In this document: piece by piece, positions 47,129-53,389 of the stretch
Layout of the letters: each line of letters opens with the position of its first letter
How positions within the stretch are numbered: the first letter of the stretch is position 1
DNA from: Sphingomonadales bacterium
GTDB lineage: Bacteria; Pseudomonadota; Alphaproteobacteria; Rhodobacterales; Rhodobacteraceae
DNA: 53,389 nt
Reading direction: 5' to 3'
Assembly: GCA_014763785.1 (NCBI GenBank)
Contig: JACXUS010000001.1
Span: 1 to 53,389 of the forward strand
The notes under the pieces: generated by a model
What the model saw: the letters and a program-made list of their open reading frames with translations, nothing else
The model's database searches: none
What the model was told of the DNA's origin: nothing
Made by a program: the position numbers and the translations under genes

Positions 47129-47263
47129 CGGCAATCCTTGGAAGCGGCGGGCCGTTGCGACCGGCCGGGTTACAATTCGCAGAATGGCACTTATGTATGC
47201 GTTGGGCGCGATCAAGTCCACCATCGCCCGAAACCGGACTTCTCTAGACGTGGCAGGATGAAA

Positions 47264-47761
47264 ATGTGGATCTTTGTGGCCTTTCTGGCGGTGCCGATCA
47301 TCGAGATTGGCCTGTTCATTCAGGTGGGCGGGCTGATCGGGCTCTGGCCGACGCTGGCGATCGTGGTGCTGACGGCGCTTGCGGGCACGGTGCTGGTGCG
47401 CAGTCAGGGGGCGCAGGCGCTTGCCGATCTGCGCCGCGCGATGGCCGAGCTTGGCGATCCGACGGCGCCCTTGGCGCATGGGGCGATGATCCTGTTTGCC
47501 GGGGCCCTGCTGCTGACGCCGGGATTTTTCACCGATGCCTGCGGGCTTTTGCTGCTGGTGCCGCGGGTGCGTGCCGCGCTGCTGCGCTATCTGGCCAGCC
47601 GTGTTCAGGTGGCCAGCTTCACCATGGGCAGCGCCCGTCCCGCCCCGCGCGACCCGTTTGGCGGCGGTCCGGGGGTGATCGACGGCGAATTTCTGGAACT
47701 CGACCCGCAATCCGACCCGAAACGCCCGCCGCGCGGCCCCTCGGGCTGGACGCAGGGCTGA
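47264..47761 (+). CDS. fxsA: FxsA family membrane protein
   Basis: P.IEI..FI.VG..IG.W.T, LLLTPGFFTD..G, VIDGEF. Confidence 0.92.
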   Translation: MWIFVAFLAVPIIEIGLFIQVGGLIGLWPTLAIVVLTALAGTVLVRSQGAQALADLRRAMAELGDPTAPLAHGAMILFAGALLLTPGFFTDACGLLLLVPRVRAALLRYLASRVQVASFTMGSARPAPRDPFGGGPGVIDGEFLELDPQSDPKRPPRGPSGWTQG

Positions 47762-47770
47762 GCCTCGGCA

Positions 47771-47799
47771 TTGAGGCGCGCGGCGCGGGATGCTACACC
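47771..47799 (+). promoter_or_regulatory. Putative sigma70 promoter of secB
   Basis: TTGAGG-N17-TACACC. Confidence 0.45.
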
Positions 47800-47828
47800 C
47801 GTGCCAACTGTCCAATCCGGAGTAAGTG

Positions 47829-48329
47829 ATGACCGACGAAACCAATGGCGCCGCGCCCGCCCAGCCGCAGATGAAGATGCAGATCCTCGCGCAATTCGTG
47901 CGCGACATGTCGTTCGAGAATGCGGTGGCGCAGAAGGGCCTGCAATCGGCCGAAGTGCAGCCCGAAATGCAGGTTCAGGTGAGCCTCGATGCCCGCAAGC
48001 GCCCGCAGGAGCATCAGTTCGAGGTGATCACCAAGTTCAAGATCACCGCGACCAACAAGGCGACCAATTCGGCGCTCTATCTGCTCGAGGTCGATTACGG
48101 CGGCATCTTCCATATCGAAGGCGTGCCGGATGAGCAGATGCACCCGTTCCTGCTGATCGAATGCCCGCGGATGCTGTTCCCCTTCGTGCGGCGGATCGTC
48201 TCGGATGTGACCCGCGATGGCGGCTTCCCGCCCTTCAACCTCGATATGGTGGATTTCGTCGCGCTCTATCGTTCCGAACTGGCGCGCCGCGCGGCCGAGC
48301 AAAAGCCCGCCGACGTTCCGCTGTCCTGA
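47829..48329 (+). CDS. secB: Protein-export chaperone SecB
   Basis: QFVRD.SFEN, CPR.LFPF.R.I....RDGGFPP, DF.ALY. Confidence 0.96.
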   Translation: MTDETNGAAPAQPQMKMQILAQFVRDMSFENAVAQKGLQSAEVQPEMQVQVSLDARKRPQEHQFEVITKFKITATNKATNSALYLLEVDYGGIFHIEGVPDEQMHPFLLIECPRMLFPFVRRIVSDVTRDGGFPPFNLDMVDFVALYRSELARRAAEQKPADVPLS

Positions 48330-48390
48330 GCGGTCCCGCGCCGGATGGGCGCGGCAAGCTGCCTCAGGGACGGAATGCCCCGATGACAGG

Positions 48391-48428
48391 GACGCCGCCG
48401 TGCATCATGCTGGCGGCGTTTCAATTTG
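48391..48428 (+). terminator. Hairpin plus T-rich tail between secB and idi
   Basis: ACGCCGCC...GGCGGCGT stem with inner GCA/TGC, followed by TTCAATTT. Confidence 0.45.
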
Positions 48429-48437
48429 GACTTGATC

Positions 48438-48968
48438 ATGACCGAACTTATCCCGGCTTGGAGGGGCGACACGCTCGTCCCGGTGGACAAGATGGAGGCG
48501 CATCGCGACGGGCTCCGCCACAAGGCGGTGTCGATCTTCGTCGTGGATAGCGACAAGGTCCTGATCCAGCGGCGTGCCGCGGACAAATATCATTCGGCGG
48601 GTCTGTGGTCGAATACCTGTTGCACCCATCCCGCCTGGGGTGAGCGCCCCGGAGATTGCGCGGTGCGCCGCCTGCGCGAGGAATTGGGGATCACCGGGCT
48701 CTATCCCGCGCATGCCGACCGGCTTGAATATCGCGCCGATGTGGGGGGTGGGCTCGTCGAACATGAGGTCGTCGATATCTATCTGGCCTATGCCCGGCCC
48801 GAGATGACTGTGGCCCCCGACCCCGCCGAGGTGTCCGAGGTGCGCTGGATCGGGCTTTACGATCTGGCCGCCGAGGTGCGCCGCCACCCGGAGCGCTTCT
48901 CGCAATGGCTCGCGATCTATCTGGCGGGGCATATGGACCGCATCTTCGGCGCGCTCACCCGCGGCTGA
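48438..48968 (+). CDS. idi: Type 1 isopentenyl-diphosphate delta-isomerase
   Basis: K.EAH..G..H.A.S.F, QRRA..KY, WSNTCCTHP, RRL.EELG, EHE, FS.W. Confidence 0.95.
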   Translation: MTELIPAWRGDTLVPVDKMEAHRDGLRHKAVSIFVVDSDKVLIQRRAADKYHSAGLWSNTCCTHPAWGERPGDCAVRRLREELGITGLYPAHADRLEYRADVGGGLVEHEVVDIYLAYARPEMTVAPDPAEVSEVRWIGLYDLAAEVRRHPERFSQWLAIYLAGHMDRIFGALTRG

Positions 48969-49086
48969 GACCGGACCCGGCCGTCGGCCCCGGTCAGCGA
49001 AAAACCGCCATGATCGGGTGCGGCAGGTCTGGCCTTTGGCGGGCTTTGCTGCGACTCTGGGCCCATCGGGTTAAAGGGGGGCGGGT

Positions 49087-50886
49087 GTGGCGCGACTTCG
49101 GGCGATCTTGGGCGGTGTGGCTCTGGCTCTCACCTGTGGACAACCGAGTCTGGCCGAAGGCCCGGTGCGTTTCGAGGTCGCGGGCGGGGATGCAGCCCTG
49201 TCTGCGCTGCTGAAAACGGTGTCGCTGACCCAGACCGAAATGGCGGCCAAGGCGCCCGATCCGCAGGATGTCTTTGCCGCGGCGCGCGCCGATTATGCGC
49301 GCCTTGTCGCGGCGCTTTATGATCGCGGCTATTATGCGGTGCAGGTCTCGATCCGGATGGATGGCCGCGAAGTGGCCGAGATTGCGCCGCTCGACGCCCC
49401 GGACCGGGTGCAGAGCGTCGTGATCGAGGTCGATCCGGGGCCGGTTTTCCATTTCTCCCGCGCCGAGATCGCGCCGCTTACCTCCGGGACAACGCTGCCC
49501 AAGGGCTTTGCGGCGGGGGCGGTCGCGCCCTCGGGTCTGATTGCCGAAGCGGCGCAGGCCGGGGTTTCGGGCTGGCGCGATGCAGGGCATGCCAAGGCGC
49601 GCGTCGCCGATCAGAGCATCGTCGCCGACAACCGCGCGGCCACGCTTGACGCGCGCATTCGTCTTGACCCGGGCCCATCGCTGACCTTCGGCCAGATGCG
49701 GATGGCGGGCTATGAGCGACTGCGCCCGAAGCGGCTGGCCGAGATCGCGGGCTTCCCGACCGGCAAGACCTTCTCACCCGAAGAGCTGGACAAGGTCCGC
49801 GCGCGCCTGCGCCGCAGCGGCATCTTCAGCTCGGTCACCTTGACGGAATCAGAGACTGTTTCGGCGGGAAACACCCTTGATGCCGATCTGGTCGTGGTCG
49901 AGGACAAGAAGCGCCGCCTTGGCTTTGGCGCCGAGCTCGACAGCCTCGATGGCCTGACGCTGAGCGGCTATTGGCTGCACCGCAACCTGTTCCATGGCGG
50001 CGAGCGGCTGCGCATCGACGCCGAAATCAGCGGTATCGGCGCCTCGAGCAAGGGCGCGGATTATGCGCTCGGGCTGCGCATCGACCGGCCTGCGACCTTC
50101 GATCCCGATACCAACGCCTTCATCGAGACGACCCTGTCGAAGCAGAACGGCGAGGATTACGATCTGAGCGGCTTCGATATCGGCTTCGGGCTGCGGCATA
50201 TCTTCAATGACCGTCTGGTGGGCGAGACCAAGATCGAGCTTGCTTGGTCGGACGTCGATGACGATGGCGATATTTCCTATTTCCGGCGGCTGGCGCTGCC
50301 CAGCACACTGACATGGGATGATCGCGACAATAGCGCCGATGCTACGCGGGGCTATTACGCCGAGGTCGGCCTGACCCCGTTCCTTGGCTTTGCCGGGACC
50401 GGCTCGGGCCTGCGCACCACGGCCGATTTGCGCGGCTACAAGGGCTTTGGCGCCGAGGGCCGCTTCGTTCTGGCCGGGCGCGCGCAGATCGGCGCGGTGT
50501 TCGGCCCCGATCTGGCGCAGACGCCGCGCGATTATCTCTTCTATTCCGGCGGTGGCGGCACGGTGCGCGGCCAGCCCTATCAGTCGCTCGGCGTCTATGC
50601 GCTGCGCAATGGCACGCAGCGCACCGGCGGTATGCGCTTTGCCGCGCTGTCGGGCGAGCTGCGCGCGGGCCTGACTGACACGATCGGGCTTGTCGGGTTC
50701 TACGATGCGGGCTTCGTCGGGCTTGACGATTTCTTCGGCGGCGATGGCGATTGGCACGCCGGGGCGGGCATCGGCCTGCGCTATAAAACGGCGATCGGCC
50801 CGATCCGGCTTGATGTCGCGGCGCCGGCCGGGGGCGACACCGGCGATGGCGCGCAGATCTATCTTGGTTTGGGGCAGGCCTTCTGA
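49087..50886 (+). CDS. tamA: Autotransporter assembly Omp85 protein TamA
   Basis: Signal peptide, POTRA region, GG.GTVRG.PYQ, G.G.RY.T.IGPIR.DVA, C-terminal GQAF. Confidence 0.9.
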   Translation: MARLRAILGGVALALTCGQPSLAEGPVRFEVAGGDAALSALLKTVSLTQTEMAAKAPDPQDVFAAARADYARLVAALYDRGYYAVQVSIRMDGREVAEIAPLDAPDRVQSVVIEVDPGPVFHFSRAEIAPLTSGTTLPKGFAAGAVAPSGLIAEAAQAGVSGWRDAGHAKARVADQSIVADNRAATLDARIRLDPGPSLTFGQMRMAGYERLRPKRLAEIAGFPTGKTFSPEELDKVRARLRRSGIFSSVTLTESETVSAGNTLDADLVVVEDKKRRLGFGAELDSLDGLTLSGYWLHRNLFHGGERLRIDAEISGIGASSKGADYALGLRIDRPATFDPDTNAFIETTLSKQNGEDYDLSGFDIGFGLRHIFNDRLVGETKIELAWSDVDDDGDISYFRRLALPSTLTWDDRDNSADATRGYYAEVGLTPFLGFAGTGSGLRTTADLRGYKGFGAEGRFVLAGRAQIGAVFGPDLAQTPRDYLFYSGGGGTVRGQPYQSLGVYALRNGTQRTGGMRFAALSGELRAGLTDTIGLVGFYDAGFVGLDDFFGGDGDWHAGAGIGLRYKTAIGPIRLDVAAPAGGDTGDGAQIYLGLGQAF

Positions 50887-53378
50887 TGCGGCATCTTCTT
50901 CTGATCCTGACGGTTGTGCTTTGGCCGGCGACGCTGCTCGCGCAAGATCTGCCCGCGCCCGAACCGGCCCCCAGCGCCGAGGAAACCGCGCGCGACCGCG
51001 ATTACCTGACCGGGCTGATCGAGGATAACCTGTCGGGCGCCGGGCGGCAGATCCGCCTTGACGGGTTCGCCGGGGCGCTGTCCTCGCGCGCGACCTTCAG
51101 CCGGATGACGATCGCCGATGACGAGGGCGTCTGGCTGACGATCACCGATGGCGCGCTGGCCTGGAGCCGGGGCGCGCTCTTGACCGGGCGGATCGAGATC
51201 GCGGAACTGAGCGCCAAGAGCATCGATCTGGCGCGGCTGCCGGTTGCCGCCGCCGAGGCGGGCGCAACCCCCGAGGTCAAGCCCTTCGCCCTGCCCGATC
51301 TGCCGGTCTCGGTGCGGATCGGCAAGCTGCATGCCGATCGGCTGAGCCTTGGTGAGACGGTGCTGGGCGAGGCGCTGGCGGTTTCGCTTGATGGTGCGCT
51401 GGATCTGGCGGGCGGTGCGGGGAATGCCAAGCTGAACGTCGCGCGCCTTGACGGACCCCGCGGGCGGGTCGATCTGACCGGGTCTTATGCCAATGCGACC
51501 CGGGTCCTGTCGCTCGATCTGTTGCTCGACGAGGCCAAGGGCGGGGTGGCCGCGCGGCTGATCGGCTTGCCGGATGATCCCGCGATCCTGCTTGCCGCCT
51601 CGGGCACCGGCCCGCTGTCGAATTTCGCGACCGATATCGTGCTGAGCACCGACGGTGTGCGGCGCGTGACCGGCAAGGTGACGCTGAACGAAACCCCCTC
51701 GGCCAAAGGCGGCGCGCCGGTCAAGGGCTTCGATCTGGCGCTTTCGGGCGATATAGACCCGCTTTTGCCCGTGGACTACCGCGGCTTCTTCGGGCCGGAG
51801 GCGGCGATTTCCGCAGCCGGCGCGCGGCAAGCCAGCGGGATGCTGGATCTGAGCGCGCTGCGCGTCACCGGCGCCGCGCTCGATCTGCAGGGCTCGGCGC
51901 GGATCCTGCCCTCGGGCCTGCCCGAGCGTGCTGATCTGCGGCTGACGATCGCGGCACCCGATGGGGGCGACGTTCTCTTGCCGCTGTCGGGCGATCGGAC
52001 CTTGCTGCGGCGCGCCGATCTGGTGATGGGGTTTGACGCCGCGAAATCCGATGGTTGGAGGCTCGATGGCCGGATCACGCGGTTGCAACGCGCCGATGCC
52101 AGCTTGCTCAGCCTGCGGCTGAGCGGATCGGGCCGGATCGGGCGCCCCGCGGGGGGCGCGCCCACGGTGGGCGGCGCGCTGACCTTCACCGCCAGCGGGA
52201 TCGACCTGTCGGACCCCGGTCTGGCGGCGGCCGTCGGGCCCTTCGTGACCGGAAAGACTACCTTCTTCTGGCGTCAGGATCGGCCGCTGAATTTCCCGGC
52301 CATCGCGGTGATCGGGCGCGGCTATGGGCTGAACGGGCGGCTCGCGATCGACAATCTGGCCGATGGCGTCGATCTGACCGGCGCGGCAACCCTGCGCCAT
52401 GCCGACATTTCCGCGCTGAGCGGGTTGGCCGCGCGCGATCTGGCGGGGACGGTGACGGGTCAGGTCGAGGGCAGCTATCGCGTGCTGACCGGCGCCTTCG
52501 ATGCCAGCGCCCAGATCACCGGGCAGGACCTGAGCCTTGATCAGCCCGAGCTTGACGGACTGCTTCGGGGCACGTCCCAGCTTGCGGCTTCAGCCCGGCG
52601 CGACGAAACCGGGCTGACCCTGCGGGCGCTGAACGCAACCGCTCGGGCGCTGCAGGTGACCGCGCAGGGCATGATTTCCAGCGAGACCGGCGAGATCACC
52701 GCCAAGGCCGCGCTTGCCGATCTGTCGGTTCTGGGCGCCGGCTATCGCGGGCGGATGGATGCGGATGCGGTGCTGAGCATAGCGCAGGGGCTGCGCCACT
52801 ACAGTCTTGATGCGACGGCCTCGGGGCTGGGCATCGGGCAACCCGAAATCGACACTATTCTGGCGGGACAGAGCCGCCTGACCCTGCGTGCCGAGGATCG
52901 CGAGGGGCGGATCGCCCTGCAGCAGCTGAGCCTTGAGAACCCCCAGATCACCGCCAGCGCGCGGGGCACGATCGAGGGCGCCCTGCGCCGGATCGCCCTC
53001 TCGGCACGGCTGGCCAATGCGGCCCTGCTGGCGCCGGGCTTCCCCGGGCCGGTGACGGTCGATGGCACGGTGACCGACGATGGCGCCGGCTATCTGGTTG
53101 ATCTGCGGGGCACTGGGCCGGGTGGCAGTGCGGCGACGGTCGCGGGACGTATGGCCAGCGATTTCGCGACCGCGGACCTCAGCCTGACGGGTCGGGCCGA
53201 GACTGCGCTGGCCAATGCCTTCATCGCGCCGCGGTCGATCAACGGACCGCTCAGTTTCGATCTGCGCCTGAACGGCAAACCCGGGCTGCCTGCGCTGTCC
53301 GGGCAGGTGATCGCGAATGGCGCGCGGCTGGTGGAGCCGACGCTGGGCCTGAGCCTTGAGGAGATCGCGGCGCGATGA
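50886..53378 (+). CDS. tamB: TamB-like protein, apparently C-terminally truncated
   Basis: Coupled to tamA; N-terminal anchor, LSG.GR.I...GF.GALSS, IAD.EG.WL, beta-taco-like repeats; ends without a recognisable DUF490 C-terminus. Confidence 0.75.
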   Translation: MRHLLLILTVVLWPATLLAQDLPAPEPAPSAEETARDRDYLTGLIEDNLSGAGRQIRLDGFAGALSSRATFSRMTIADDEGVWLTITDGALAWSRGALLTGRIEIAELSAKSIDLARLPVAAAEAGATPEVKPFALPDLPVSVRIGKLHADRLSLGETVLGEALAVSLDGALDLAGGAGNAKLNVARLDGPRGRVDLTGSYANATRVLSLDLLLDEAKGGVAARLIGLPDDPAILLAASGTGPLSNFATDIVLSTDGVRRVTGKVTLNETPSAKGGAPVKGFDLALSGDIDPLLPVDYRGFFGPEAAISAAGARQASGMLDLSALRVTGAALDLQGSARILPSGLPERADLRLTIAAPDGGDVLLPLSGDRTLLRRADLVMGFDAAKSDGWRLDGRITRLQRADASLLSLRLSGSGRIGRPAGGAPTVGGALTFTASGIDLSDPGLAAAVGPFVTGKTTFFWRQDRPLNFPAIAVIGRGYGLNGRLAIDNLADGVDLTGAATLRHADISALSGLAARDLAGTVTGQVEGSYRVLTGAFDASAQITGQDLSLDQPELDGLLRGTSQLAASARRDETGLTLRALNATARALQVTAQGMISSETGEITAKAALADLSVLGAGYRGRMDADAVLSIAQGLRHYSLDATASGLGIGQPEIDTILAGQSRLTLRAEDREGRIALQQLSLENPQITASARGTIEGALRRIALSARLANAALLAPGFPGPVTVDGTVTDDGAGYLVDLRGTGPGGSAATVAGRMASDFATADLSLTGRAETALANAFIAPRSINGPLSFDLRLNGKPGLPALSGQVIANGARLVEPTLGLSLEEIAAR

Positions 53379-53389
53379 AGGCATTGGCC

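Noticed and set aside
1-53389. CRISPR arrays, tRNA/rRNA genes, IS elements, prophage
   Set aside because: None recognised; the window is almost fully tiled by identifiable CDSs with short spacers

Overview
High-GC chromosomal segment of a Rhodobacter-type alphaproteobacterium; the regB-senC-regA-hvrA-hvrB-ahcY cluster points to the R. capsulatus clade. The left part carries cobalamin genes (cobN partial, cobW, DUF1636) under a cobalamin riboswitch with divergent cobO, a heme-uptake operon (TonB receptor, hmuSTUV), an orphan ugd, a MarR-controlled 3-hydroxybenzoate/gentisate catabolic cluster with a TRAP transporter, and mprF. The right part is conserved core: pmbA, DUF2125, ahcY, hvrB/hvrA, regA-senC-regB, divL-like PAS gene, tsaE-amgK-murU-addB-addA-trxA, hslVU, smr, tim44, fxsA, secB, idi and tamAB. 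I saw no rRNA, tRNA, CRISPR or transposase. Best leads: (1) a mycothiol-type maleylpyruvate isomerase homolog that lacks all three metal ligands yet is intact and coupled to gtdA, next to a GSH-type isomerase; (2) a 30-aa sORF absent from the ORF track, divergent from hvrB across a LysR operator; (3) a single amber codon interrupting dctP; (4) a dense hvrA leader with an SD-sequestering hairpin, DnaA box and palindrome; (5) a truncated tamB at the window edge. All homology calls come from motif recognition and recalled family sequences, not database searches.
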